Shown one piece after another: positions 39,694-49,972 of a DNA stretch of 55,799 bases. Source of the stretch: an uncultured Akkermansia sp. (GTDB lineage Bacteria; Verrucomicrobiota; Verrucomicrobiia; Verrucomicrobiales; Akkermansiaceae); assembly GCA_964400645.1 (NCBI GenBank), contig CAYNVM010000003.1:1-55799 (forward strand), given 5' to 3'. Under the pieces are notes generated by a model. That model made no database searches. It was not told the DNA's origin and saw only the letters and a program-made list of their open reading frames with translations. The position numbers and the translations under genes were made by a program. Numbering within the stretch: position 1 is the stretch's first letter; each line of letters begins with the position of its first letter.

Positions 39694-42600
39694 GTGGCTA
39701 TGGATAAGGAGAAGGCATCAATACAGATTCGTGGGGCAAGAGAGCACAATCTGAAAGACGTAAATGTCGATATACCATTGGGAGCATTAACAGTGGTAAC
39801 TGGTCCTTCTGGCTCAGGCAAAACAAGTTTGGCGATGCATACTCTGTATGCGGAGGGACAGCGGAGATATATGGAAACATTTTCTCCGTATGTCCGGCAA
39901 TTCATGGATAGAATGAAGAAGCCTGATGTGGATAGTATTAATAATGTCTTACCCGCAATAGCTCTTCAGCAAAGAAACTCAGTAAGGACTTCTCGCTCTA
40001 CTGTGGGGACCATGACGGGAATCAACGACTATTGGAAGTTGATCTTCTCTCATTTGGCGATTGGTAAAGATCCCAAAACTGGTAGAGAGGTTCACCCATT
40101 AACTCCTGCTGAGGTAGTAAGTCGTGCTGAGAAAGAATTTGGTGCTGATACAGACGTTCTCGTCACTTTCAAAATCACTTGTCCTGATGGTTTGGATGCT
40201 GATGCTATGAGAGCTGATATCCAAGCTCAAGGGTATACGAGAATGATGATCCATGGGAAGCCAACTCGGCTCGACGCAGAGTTGCCAACCCATGACTGTA
40301 TGGAAAATGGACAATTTGTTATTGTTCAAGATCGTGTAAAAATCAGTGAGAGAACAAGGCGTCGCTTTACGGAAGCTGTGGAAACAGCTATGTCAATAGG
40401 GGGCAAAGTCGTTTATTTGATTCCATTGGGGAAAGTACATACAGATCGATCTCTTCCAACGTCTGAATGGGGTGATCCCGTTGAATATAGAGGAGATTGG
40501 TACCCACTTGTTGAACCTGTCCCTGATCTGTTCTCATCAAACTCTCCTATTGGAGCATGTCCACAATGCAGGGGGTATGGAAGAACATTAGGGATCGACT
40601 ACAGTCGGACGATTACGCCTGATTTAAGTTTGAATGATGGGGCTATCCATATCTTTGAAAGTGGACGCAGTATTGAGTGTAAACGTGATATGATGCGTTC
40701 CTTGAGACGTCGTGGAGACATTAGGAGTAATGTGCCTTGGAAGGAACTGACTTCTCATGAAAAGAACTGGGTCATGGAAGGGGACTACCCTGGTGACTGG
40801 CAACGTTCATGGGATGAAGACCGTTGGTATGGTCTCGTTGGCTTTTTCAAATATCTTGAACAGCGAACTCACAAAATGACTGTTCGCGTTTGGTTGAGCC
40901 GTTATCGTGTTTATCATCGTTGCCCTTCGTGCAGAGGTCAAAGGCTTCGGCCCGAGGCTTTGTGTTTTACCGTTGGTGGGAAAACTTTGCCTGAAGTTCA
41001 AAAGATGCCAATGGATGAGTTGTTGGTTTGGATAGACGAACACGTAGTCCCTTTTGCAACAAGTGATCAGTCATTAAAGAATGCAGTTATAGAAATACGC
41101 TCGAGAATTGCCTATTTAAATGAAGTAGGCTTGGGCTACATTAGCTCAGATAGAACAACCAGAACACTATCTGGCGGAGAGATTGAACGCGTGAGTCTGA
41201 CGACTAGTTTGGGAGCATCTTTGACTGATACCTTATTTGTTTTAGACGAACCAACAGTCGGATTGCATCCTCGTGATACAGACCGCCTTATCCAGTCAAT
41301 GCAGCGTCTTAAGGATAGGGGAAACACTTTAGTTGTTGTTGAACACGAAGAAGCTGTGATGCGTGCTGCTGATTGTTTGATAGACATGGGACCTGGATCT
41401 GGAGCTGATGGAGGAAACTTAGTTTATGCTGGTGACGTCTCTGGTATTGAGGAAGAAAAAGAATCCATAACAGGTGCCTACCTGAGCGGGAAGAAAGTAA
41501 TTCCCGTTCCGACAACACGTAGGAAACCTAAAGGATGGTTAAGGATTAAGGGGGCAAACAAGCATAACTTACATGATTTAGATGTTGACCTGCCATTAGG
41601 AGTCTACACTTGTTTGACTGGCGTGAGTGGATCTGGGAAAAGTACTTTGGCACATGATGTCATCTATCTAAACGACTGCTTACGCAGAGGTGAGAATGTA
41701 GAACTTATACCTGCAAAAGTGCGTGAAATAGACGGCTGGAATCAAGTATCTCAAGTGGTTTTGATAGATCAAAGTCCCTTGATTCGAAGCCCTCGATCAA
41801 CTCCTGCTGTTTACGTCGGAGTTTTTGATGATATTAGAACTCTGTTTGCTAAATCAGAACAGGCCAAGCGGAAAGGCCTTACTCCTGGATTCTTCTCTTT
41901 TAATAGTGGAGACGGACGTTGCCCCCGATGCGCTGGGATGGGATCTGAAAAAGTAGAAATGCAGTTTCTTTCTGATGTTTTTGTCCCGTGCCCCTTATGC
42001 CATGGAAGTAGATATGGTCAGGAGGCTCTAAGTATTGAAATTAGAGGGAAAAATGTTGCGGCCATCCTTAACTTCTCCGTGAAAGAAGCCATCGCTTTTT
42101 TTGCTTCTGAAAAATCTACTTATGCTAGGCGTATTGTTAATAAGCTTGATTTACTTAACCGGGTCGGACTCGGGCATCTTGTCTTAGGTCAACCGCTTAA
42201 CAGTCTTTCAGGAGGTGAAAACCAACGACTTAAATTAGCAAAGATTCTTCTTGATGAGGATGAAGGAGGATCAGAACCTTCCCTTTTGATATTAGACGAA
42301 CCTGGAACTGGGCTTCATTTTGCCGATTTAGAAGTTCTGATTAAGCTTTTTCAAGGTCTTGTTAAGGCTGGGCACAGCATTTTGGTGATTGAGCATAATA
42401 TGGAACTCATCAAGGCAGCTGATTACATCATAGATCTTGGCCCAGAGGGTGGCATAGGAGGGGGAAAGGTTGTTGTTTCAGGAACACCAGAAAAAGTGGC
42501 TGCTTCTGGTAAAGGGTATACATCTCACTTTTTACGAGATACCCTTAAATTTAATCCAATTAAAATCGAGTTAAAGAATAACGTTGTAACAGATTCATTA

Positions 42601-45249
42601 TCTAAAGGTGTTATTGCTCTTCGTGGGGCAAGACACCATAACCTAAAAAATGTTGATTTGGACATTAAACGTGGAGATATGACTGTTTTTACTGGTCTTT
42701 CTGGCTCAGGAAAAAGTTCTCTTGCGTTTGATATATTTTTTGCTGAAGGACAACGTCGTTTTATGGACGTCATGTCTCCCTATGCTAGGCAATTCACGGA
42801 GCAGATGGAAAGCCCTGATATAGACCGCCTGACAGGACTTCCTCCAACAGTTGCCATTGAGCAAAACATGTCTCGGGGAGGAACAAAATCTACTGTAGGA
42901 ACAGTGACGGAAATTTGGCAGTTCCTTCGTCTCCTTTATTCAAAGTTGGGTCAGTGTTATTGCCCAAAATGTGGCATTCCTGTAGGCAAACGCTCTGAGG
43001 GCGAAGTGATAGAACTTGTCCAACGAATGATACATGGGGCAAAATCGCTTTCATTAGCTGCGCCAGTTGTTAGGGGACGCAAAGGCCATTACAAGGATCT
43101 TGCTCGGTGGGCTAAAGAAAAAGGATATCGAGCACTCTGGATTGATGGCAGTTGGGTGGAAATAGATCATTTTGAAGCTCTGGATAGATATAGTAATCAC
43201 GATATTGATATAGTCATAGGGATAGTTGACACCACGACGTCTCCATCAGAATTAGCTTTGTCTGTCAGTAAAGCTCTAGATTTAGGTAATGGATTCCTCC
43301 ACGTTTTAGACTTAGAAACCAAGAAGTTGAAACCAGTACTCCTTGGGACAAAACTTGCTTGTCCCAACTGTGGTACTTCTTTCCCTGAGCTAGAGCCATC
43401 CACGTTTTCTTTCAATTCACCTCGAGGATGGTGTCCAACTTGTCGAGGACACGGCTTTGTCTCTTCAGTAAAGATGAAGGATGATGAAACTCTTTCCCTA
43501 GCAGAAGCTGAACTGTTGTATGACAGAGATGTAGAGCGAAAGCTTAAGGACTCAACCCAGATATCCATATGTCCAGATTGCAATGGACAGCGTCTCCATG
43601 CTTTTGCAAGAGAAGTCCGATTACAAGGTGTAAGACCTAGTGAATTGGCAGAATTGTCGGTTGTTGAGGCCGCCGAGTTGATTAAGACGTGGAAATTTGA
43701 GGGACGTGAAGCTACTATTGCTCACGATTCTGTATCTGAAATTCTCCAAAGATTGGAATTCCTCGATCGAGTCGGACTTGGGTATTTATCATTAGATCGA
43801 AGTGCGACAACATTATCTGGGGGTGAAACCCAACGGATTCGGTTGGCTTCTCAGTTAGGATCTCATTTACGGGGTATATTATACGTGTTGGATGAACCCA
43901 CTATCGGACTCCATCCTAAGGACAATGAACGTTTGTTGGAGACACTCGATGAGCTTAAGAGTAGGGGGAATACTTTGCTCATCGTTGAACACGATGAGGC
44001 AACGATGCGTCGAGCAGACCATATTGTCGATTTGGGGCCTGGGGCAGGAGTTCATGGAGGTAACATTGTTGCCGAAGGAACCTTTGAAGAGTTGGTTAGC
44101 TTACCTAATTCTGTGACAGGGCAAGCCTTTAGAGCCCGTCCTCAGCATCCGTATCGAGGAAAACGTCGTCCTGTTCCCAGAGGGAAAGCTGAATGGCTGA
44201 CGATTTCTGGATGTCACGTACACAACCTCCGAAACATTGATGTTAGTTTCCCTATTAGTTTATTGACTGTCATCACAGGCGTTTCTGGTGCAGGGAAGAC
44301 ATCGTTGTTGAACGAGACTCTCTATGTTGCAGCCCAAAAAGCATTAAGCAAGGGAATGGTTCCTACTGGAGCTCAGTGTTGGACCAAAGTTACAGGATTG
44401 GAAAAATTCAGAGCAGTCTACCAAGTAGATCAATCTCCTATAGGAAAGACTCCTCGATCAACTCCCGCAACATATGTGGGATTTATGGATGATATCCGTG
44501 TTATTTTTGCAGGAACAGAGGATGCTCGTCGATTAGGATATGATAAAGGGAGATTCTCTTTCAATACATCGGCGGGGGCTTGTGAAACCTGTAAGGGGAC
44601 CGGAATGCTTAAACTTGAAATGGATTTCTTGCCACCAAGTTTTGTCACCTGTCCTTCATGCCATGGGAAACGTTTCAATGAGTCAACTCTTTCTGTTCGT
44701 TATAAAGGGAAGACAATATCAGATGTCATGGCCATGAATTTTGAGGAGGCCGCAGATTTCTTCAGTTCTCAACCTCGCATATCAGCTCCACTGTCTTTGC
44801 TCGTCGATACAGGGCTTGGATATCTTACACTAGGGCAGGCTTCCAATACTCTCTCAGGTGGTGAATCTCAGAGATTGAAGTTGGTTTCAGAACTGATCAA
44901 AGGCTTGAATGTAAGTCGTCATGCTTTTTTGAAAGGGAAGGAACAACCTTCAGATCTATATTTGATTGAAGAACCATCTATTGGGCTTCATCCACATGAT
45001 GTTAGGCGATTAATTGATGTCCTTCACCGTTTAGTCGATCAGGGTAATACAGTTATTGTTATAGAGCACAATACTGAGATCATGGCGGAGGCCGATTATA
45101 TCATAGATATGGGACCTGGCCCAGGTGAGGAAGGTGGATTAATTGTGGCCACTGGAACACCAGAGCAAATCGCATCTGGTAGTTCTCCTACCGCCAAATT
45201 TGTAGCTGAAGAGCTAAAAATCAGTAAAACTAGGAGAAAACGCAAATAG
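39694..45249 (+). CDS. uvrA: Excinuclease ABC subunit A, tandem double-length form
   Basis: Four Walker A motifs (GPSGSGKT, GVSGSGKS, GLSGSGKS, GVSGAGKT), four LSGGE signatures, CxxC zinc modules; 1851 aa. Confidence 0.97.
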   Translation: MAMDKEKASIQIRGAREHNLKDVNVDIPLGALTVVTGPSGSGKTSLAMHTLYAEGQRRYMETFSPYVRQFMDRMKKPDVDSINNVLPAIALQQRNSVRTSRSTVGTMTGINDYWKLIFSHLAIGKDPKTGREVHPLTPAEVVSRAEKEFGADTDVLVTFKITCPDGLDADAMRADIQAQGYTRMMIHGKPTRLDAELPTHDCMENGQFVIVQDRVKISERTRRRFTEAVETAMSIGGKVVYLIPLGKVHTDRSLPTSEWGDPVEYRGDWYPLVEPVPDLFSSNSPIGACPQCRGYGRTLGIDYSRTITPDLSLNDGAIHIFESGRSIECKRDMMRSLRRRGDIRSNVPWKELTSHEKNWVMEGDYPGDWQRSWDEDRWYGLVGFFKYLEQRTHKMTVRVWLSRYRVYHRCPSCRGQRLRPEALCFTVGGKTLPEVQKMPMDELLVWIDEHVVPFATSDQSLKNAVIEIRSRIAYLNEVGLGYISSDRTTRTLSGGEIERVSLTTSLGASLTDTLFVLDEPTVGLHPRDTDRLIQSMQRLKDRGNTLVVVEHEEAVMRAADCLIDMGPGSGADGGNLVYAGDVSGIEEEKESITGAYLSGKKVIPVPTTRRKPKGWLRIKGANKHNLHDLDVDLPLGVYTCLTGVSGSGKSTLAHDVIYLNDCLRRGENVELIPAKVREIDGWNQVSQVVLIDQSPLIRSPRSTPAVYVGVFDDIRTLFAKSEQAKRKGLTPGFFSFNSGDGRCPRCAGMGSEKVEMQFLSDVFVPCPLCHGSRYGQEALSIEIRGKNVAAILNFSVKEAIAFFASEKSTYARRIVNKLDLLNRVGLGHLVLGQPLNSLSGGENQRLKLAKILLDEDEGGSEPSLLILDEPGTGLHFADLEVLIKLFQGLVKAGHSILVIEHNMELIKAADYIIDLGPEGGIGGGKVVVSGTPEKVAASGKGYTSHFLRDTLKFNPIKIELKNNVVTDSLSKGVIALRGARHHNLKNVDLDIKRGDMTVFTGLSGSGKSSLAFDIFFAEGQRRFMDVMSPYARQFTEQMESPDIDRLTGLPPTVAIEQNMSRGGTKSTVGTVTEIWQFLRLLYSKLGQCYCPKCGIPVGKRSEGEVIELVQRMIHGAKSLSLAAPVVRGRKGHYKDLARWAKEKGYRALWIDGSWVEIDHFEALDRYSNHDIDIVIGIVDTTTSPSELALSVSKALDLGNGFLHVLDLETKKLKPVLLGTKLACPNCGTSFPELEPSTFSFNSPRGWCPTCRGHGFVSSVKMKDDETLSLAEAELLYDRDVERKLKDSTQISICPDCNGQRLHAFAREVRLQGVRPSELAELSVVEAAELIKTWKFEGREATIAHDSVSEILQRLEFLDRVGLGYLSLDRSATTLSGGETQRIRLASQLGSHLRGILYVLDEPTIGLHPKDNERLLETLDELKSRGNTLLIVEHDEATMRRADHIVDLGPGAGVHGGNIVAEGTFEELVSLPNSVTGQAFRARPQHPYRGKRRPVPRGKAEWLTISGCHVHNLRNIDVSFPISLLTVITGVSGAGKTSLLNETLYVAAQKALSKGMVPTGAQCWTKVTGLEKFRAVYQVDQSPIGKTPRSTPATYVGFMDDIRVIFAGTEDARRLGYDKGRFSFNTSAGACETCKGTGMLKLEMDFLPPSFVTCPSCHGKRFNESTLSVRYKGKTISDVMAMNFEEAADFFSSQPRISAPLSLLVDTGLGYLTLGQASNTLSGGESQRLKLVSELIKGLNVSRHAFLKGKEQPSDLYLIEEPSIGLHPHDVRRLIDVLHRLVDQGNTVIVIEHNTEIMAEADYIIDMGPGPGEEGGLIVATGTPEQIASGSSPTAKFVAEELKISKTRRKRK

Positions 45250-45262
45250 AGTTAATAGTAGG

Positions 45263-45680
45263 GAGCCGACTAGGTTCTATAAGCCAGATTCTGTCCACGC
45301 CCTGAGGGGCGTTGTGCGACCATTTTTCTGATACTGGGAAATCCCAGTATCCCCACTCCTACTACAGAGTAGGTGCAACTAATACCCGGAGATTCAGCGA
45401 GCAGGCGACTCTTCCCCTGTTTGTCTTGCATCGCGCGGGGTTTACCTTGCCTCCTTAGTTACCCTTGGAGCGGTGGGCTCTTACTCCACCTTTTCACCTT
45501 GACCCAGATATGGGCTTGCGCCCTCTCCGACGGCAGTATGTTTTCTGTGGCACTTTCCGTCCATTAGGTTTTGAACCTAACGTCTCCCGCTTTCACGGGA
45601 CGCGCTGCCTTGTGATGTCCAGACTTTCCTCTAACCAACCTAAAGAGACTGATCAGCGGCCGCCCGAACCTAGTCGGCTC
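45263..45680 (-). ncRNA. rnpB: RNase P RNA
   Basis: GAGGAAAGTCTGGAC and ACAGAATCTGGCTTAT conserved regions; terminal P1 helix GAGCCGACTAGGTTC/GAACCTAGTCGGCTC. Confidence 0.96.
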
Positions 45681-45830
45681 AGATTTGATACAGTCTTCCG
45701 CTCTCTTCGTAAAGGGAAAAACATCGGTGTTGATAATCTCAGACAACTCGCATTCTACTACACTTGTCTTGGAAAAGTTTGGATGCTACAATACTTGCAC
45801 TTTCTGAATTTGTTGTGAGGAGTATTCCCT

Positions 45831-46769
45831 ATGCGCGCATCTTTGATCAGAACACTAGCTATCGTTTTTGCCTTTGTCGTGGGATATAGCCTACCAGAGC
45901 TTAGCTGTGTGAGTTGGTTAATTCGTTGGCTGATCATCGGAATGCTTTATATTACTTTTTTAGGGGTTCGTTTTGGTAGAATGAAACCTGACTATAGGCA
46001 CTGGCTACTTGTGCTTAGTAATATTCTGATGGGCATCCTGCCTTTTTTCGTTTTAAAAGAACTTGGCTATGATGATTTGGCCATGTCGGCTTTTTTTGTA
46101 GGGATAACGCCGACGGCAACAGCAGCTCCAGTTGTTATGGGATTCTTAGGAGGAAGTGTCGAGTTCGTGTTGACTTCACTTATAGTGGTTAATGCAGCTG
46201 TATGTGCTTTGATTCCTCTGATTATGCCAATGATTGTTGGTCAGGGTGGGGTCGAAATTTATTTCCATATGGCTGGTTCCATTGGAATGGTCATGGTTCT
46301 CCCCTTGATTTTGGCTCTGATTACCCGACGTATTCATATACGAGCATTCCTGTGGCCTCGTCATCTTAAAGACTTTTCTTTTGGATTGTGGGTTCTTTGC
46401 CTTGTACTTATAGCAGCTCACGCGTCTGATGACATCAGAAGCCGGACAGAATTATCTCATTCTATTATACTCTGGGTGGGAGTAGTTTCCTTGATCATCT
46501 GTGCAGTAAACTTTAGCTTAGGATATCTTTTAGGAGGACCTGATCGTAGAAGAGAGTGTAGCCAATCGTTAGGTCAGAAAAACACAACGCTGACAATTTT
46601 TCTTGCCATGATTTATGCTCCTTCAGCTGTTGCTTCTTTAGGACCAACATTTTACGTGCTGTGGCATAATTTATGGAATGCGTGGCAGTTGCATTGTGTC
46701 GGGAGGAAGGCTAAGAAGGCCGCTCTTATATCGAGGGAGCAACCTCAAGTCCCTGAAGGTGACAAATAA
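45831..46769 (+). CDS. Bile acid:sodium symporter (BASS) family transporter
   Basis: Multiple TM helices; TPTATAAPV, SQSLGQKNT, YVLWHNLWNAWQL. Confidence 0.85.
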   Translation: MRASLIRTLAIVFAFVVGYSLPELSCVSWLIRWLIIGMLYITFLGVRFGRMKPDYRHWLLVLSNILMGILPFFVLKELGYDDLAMSAFFVGITPTATAAPVVMGFLGGSVEFVLTSLIVVNAAVCALIPLIMPMIVGQGGVEIYFHMAGSIGMVMVLPLILALITRRIHIRAFLWPRHLKDFSFGLWVLCLVLIAAHASDDIRSRTELSHSIILWVGVVSLIICAVNFSLGYLLGGPDRRRECSQSLGQKNTTLTIFLAMIYAPSAVASLGPTFYVLWHNLWNAWQLHCVGRKAKKAALISREQPQVPEGDK

Positions 46770-46783
46770 CCCTGCTTAAATTT

Positions 46784-47959
46784 TCAGTTGGAGAGGCCTC
46801 CCAAAAGGGAGTTTACGAGGTGTTGGGTTTTCTTCCCTGGTAAGACACTAAGATCCATATGATTCATGACATATGCAAAGGATAAGTCGTTAGTTGGATC
46901 TGCAAACGCGTGAGAGCCTCCAGCTCCTGCATGTCCAAATCCATTAACACCAAAAAGATGTCGAAGATGTTTCCCTGTGGATGGATCTATGGGATCTAGC
47001 ATAAATCCACAAGCGAACGCAGTTGGAGTCATCATAGTTAGGTCTTCACCTTGCACGATGATTGTTGACATCCATTGCCTTACTTCTTTTGGGAAAACAG
47101 GCTTTTGATTGCTAGGATTTACTCCGTAACCTAAGCAAGCTTGGTAAAATTGGGCAAGGCCTCTGGCTGAAGCTACTCCTCCAAAGGCTGGCGAAGCACA
47201 TGTCCAGGCTTCAGGTCGATTCATTGAATGTACTGTTCCTAAGCCAATAAGTGAATGAAAAGCTTGGAAGATAGGGGTACCAGAATGAAGGTATTGACGG
47301 TAAAACGGACTTTCTAGTTCTTCGGGACGAGCTTTGGCTGGGTACAGGGTGGCTACACGGCTGAAAAACTCTTCTGGCAATCCGATGTAAACATCAATGC
47401 CAAGAGGTTTGCGAATGTGCTCCTCCCACCAAATACCGACTGTGTTACCAGTCAGACGAATCATGATCTCATCGAGAATTGGTCCATAAGTATGGGGGTG
47501 ATAACCATGATCATGAGGAAACCATGCAGGATTGGTATCCTCAATGGCTTTAACACAAGCTTCATGGTCAAAGACGTCAACAGAGCGAGATAGCGCGGCG
47601 AGACCTGTCTGATGCGAGAGAACCTCGGCAATAGTGGCTTCTGGAAGAGGGTATAGAGGCCAGAGTTCTCCGACAGGAAGTTGCGGTGTAAGACCTTGCT
47701 CGTATAGCGCAAGAAGAATTGATGAAGCAGCAGGTCCCTTAGTTGCAGAGAAAACTGGTGCCATTGTCGTTTCGGTCCACGTATCCAATGAACCTTTGAT
47801 CATAGCACCTCTATGCAGAGAGAGAAGTTCCTTACCTCTCTGCCAAACGGATACAGATGCGCCAATTTCACCATTAAAATCAAAATTCTCCCCAAATGCT
47901 TGAGTTAGTCTCTCAAGACTTGGTGCTATGTATTCATCATTAATTGTTTGCATTATCAA
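46784..47959 (-). CDS. Serine hydrolase, beta-lactamase/family VIII esterase fold
   Basis: FSATKG (SxxK), LSHQTGL, GYHPHTYG, FGHAGAGGS. Confidence 0.9.
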   Translation of the reverse strand: MIMQTINDEYIAPSLERLTQAFGENFDFNGEIGASVSVWQRGKELLSLHRGAMIKGSLDTWTETTMAPVFSATKGPAASSILLALYEQGLTPQLPVGELWPLYPLPEATIAEVLSHQTGLAALSRSVDVFDHEACVKAIEDTNPAWFPHDHGYHPHTYGPILDEIMIRLTGNTVGIWWEEHIRKPLGIDVYIGLPEEFFSRVATLYPAKARPEELESPFYRQYLHSGTPIFQAFHSLIGLGTVHSMNRPEAWTCASPAFGGVASARGLAQFYQACLGYGVNPSNQKPVFPKEVRQWMSTIIVQGEDLTMMTPTAFACGFMLDPIDPSTGKHLRHLFGVNGFGHAGAGGSHAFADPTNDLSFAYVMNHMDLSVLPGKKTQHLVNSLLGGLSN

Positions 47960-48617
47960 TTGATATGACTTCTAAAATTTTATTTTTAACTGTGAAATGG
48001 ACGTTTAATCCTCCGAATATCATGCCATAGACACGACTGGGATCATCTTGGTAGGATGGTCTTGGATCAAGCTCCAATGACTTAAGCAGGGGAGCTCGCA
48101 AGTGAGATGGTATGTTTGTAAGTAGAGAATCTGAAATGGAAACTTCAAGGTGATAATCCAAAGCAGAATCAGCAAAACCACTACTTGCATTTGGAATAGC
48201 GTCGGCAAAAGGCAAGTAGGGCTTGATATCGAAGATGGGAGTTTTATCTAAGAGGTCTGCACCTAGGACATGGAGGATAGGGCCCAAATGAGGGTGAAGT
48301 TCTATACTTTCCAATTGAACGGCTGAAAGACCGATAGGATTTGGGCGGAACGGAGAGCGTGTGGCAAAAACTCCCATTCTTGTATTACCGCCAAGCCTTG
48401 GAGGGCGGACTGTGGGTGACCAGTGAGTTTTCTTTGCTTCACTGAATTCCCAAAGAAGCCAGATATGAGAAAATCCTTCGAGTCCTCGAATAGCATCAGG
48501 CTGACGAAATTCTGGCTCAAAAATGATGGTTCCTTTTGCTTCCATTGCCATCCTACTTTGGCGAGGTATCCCAAATTTCTCGCTGTAGTCTGTTCTAATC
48601 TTGGCAATGGTTCGCAT
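47940..48617 (-). CDS. tsaA: tRNA (N6-threonylcarbamoyladenosine37-N6)-methyltransferase TrmO
   Basis: KFGIPRQ, GFSHIWLLW, VRPPRLGGN, GVFATRSPFRPNPIGLS, DIKPY. Confidence 0.95.
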   Translation of the reverse strand: MRTIAKIRTDYSEKFGIPRQSRMAMEAKGTIIFEPEFRQPDAIRGLEGFSHIWLLWEFSEAKKTHWSPTVRPPRLGGNTRMGVFATRSPFRPNPIGLSAVQLESIELHPHLGPILHVLGADLLDKTPIFDIKPYLPFADAIPNASSGFADSALDYHLEVSISDSLLTNIPSHLRAPLLKSLELDPRPSYQDDPSRVYGMIFGGLNVHFTVKNKILEVISIDNANN

Positions 48618-48623
48618 ATTAAG

Positions 48624-48659
48624 AAAAAAAGGTCCCAGACCCCTTGATGGGATCTGGGA
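48624..48659 (-). terminator. Terminator of pyr operon
   Basis: TCCCAGA.CCC/GGGATCTGGGA stem followed by T7 on -. Confidence 0.75.
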
Positions 48660-48670
48660 GTATGAACAAA

Positions 48671-49942
48671 TTAGAATTGGAACAGTTGACCCTTTGTGTA
48701 AGTCACGAGAACTCGACCGTTTAGGGACTTACCTAAAAATGGAGAGTTTAGAGTGCGTGACTTCAGGGAATCAGCAGTGATTTCAAACGTCTTATTTGGA
48801 TCAAAGAGGACGAAGTCTGCTGTTGATCCTTCTGTCAAAGTGACTTCTTGCAAATTCATAAGACGGCGTGGATTGGTGCTGCAGAGAACAATAAGTTGTT
48901 TCCAGTCCAACACGCCTGTTTTCACAAGATAGGTATAGAGAGCTGGCAAGTATGTATCCAGTGCTAGCATGCCTTGTGGAGCAACGCAGAAGTCTTGTAA
49001 CTTAGAGAATGGAGTTACAGGAGTATGGTCTGATACGATGCAATCAATTGTACCATCGGTCAGAGCTTCTTGTAGTGCAGCAACGTCAGCACTTTCTCTT
49101 AGCGGTGGCAAAGTTTTAAACGTCGTATCGTAGTCACCAACATTTTCATGGGTGAAAATTAGGTGGTGTAGGGCAACTTCTGCACTGAGTTCAGAACGAC
49201 GTGCCTTCCAACGGCGAATTGACTGAGCTCCTTCAGCTGTTGAGACTGTCTGGACGTGTAATCGAGCTTCGGTTGCTTCAGCGAGTCGAATCATCGATTC
49301 AATGCCTATTTCCTCAGCGCATGCTGGCAGACCATGAAGCCCCAGTTTATAAGAGGTGGAAGAAGGATGCATGACCCCTTTAGAGGTCAGTTCTGGAACG
49401 TCTCCACGAAGGGCAAAGGTGATCCCTAAGGGAGCTGCATACTGCATAGCACGGTAGAGTAATAGGGTATTGGATGGGACGTGAACACCATCTGTGACAA
49501 AGCGAACTCCTTGTGCTCGAAGAGAGTCATAAGGGACTTGCTCTTCTCCTTGAGTGCCTTTGGTTATGCAACCAGTCGGAACTATTGTGATATTCCCCTG
49601 TTCACGGCATACCTCGTTGAGAACTTTGATCTGAGCTGAATGATCCAACACTGGAGAGCAATCAGGCATGGCTTGCAAGCCAGTAACACCTCCTTGGAGG
49701 GCAGAAGCTGCTGTTTGAGCTACTGCTTGTTGGAGATCTTGACCTGGATAACCAAGGTGAGTGTGTAGGTCAAATAATCCAGGGAGGAGAAGAGCTCCTT
49801 GGGCGTCTATTAAGGTTGCTCCTGAAGGAGCTGTTGAAGATCCAACAGGGCGGATAGAACGGATGATTCCGTTATCTACAGTTACATCTACGCTGTCTCC
49901 TGAGGTCGCAAGAGTTGCCTTAGAAATAAAGATTGTACTCAT
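48671..49942 (-). CDS. pyrC: Dihydroorotase-family protein, probably inactive PyrC'
   Basis: PGLFDLHTH, GGVT, PPLR, SDHTP, NSPF; several catalytic residues substituted; follows pyrB. Confidence 0.85.
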   Translation of the reverse strand: MSTIFISKATLATSGDSVDVTVDNGIIRSIRPVGSSTAPSGATLIDAQGALLLPGLFDLHTHLGYPGQDLQQAVAQTAASALQGGVTGLQAMPDCSPVLDHSAQIKVLNEVCREQGNITIVPTGCITKGTQGEEQVPYDSLRAQGVRFVTDGVHVPSNTLLLYRAMQYAAPLGITFALRGDVPELTSKGVMHPSSTSYKLGLHGLPACAEEIGIESMIRLAEATEARLHVQTVSTAEGAQSIRRWKARRSELSAEVALHHLIFTHENVGDYDTTFKTLPPLRESADVAALQEALTDGTIDCIVSDHTPVTPFSKLQDFCVAPQGMLALDTYLPALYTYLVKTGVLDWKQLIVLCSTNPRRLMNLQEVTLTEGSTADFVLFDPNKTFEITADSLKSRTLNSPFLGKSLNGRVLVTYTKGQLFQF

Positions 49943-49972
49943 GGTGAGAAAGGTGAGTAGTGAATAAAGGGA

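Noticed and set aside
45373-45818. ORFs 45373-45567, 45465-45818 and 45564-45746
   Set aside because: They overlap RNase P RNA
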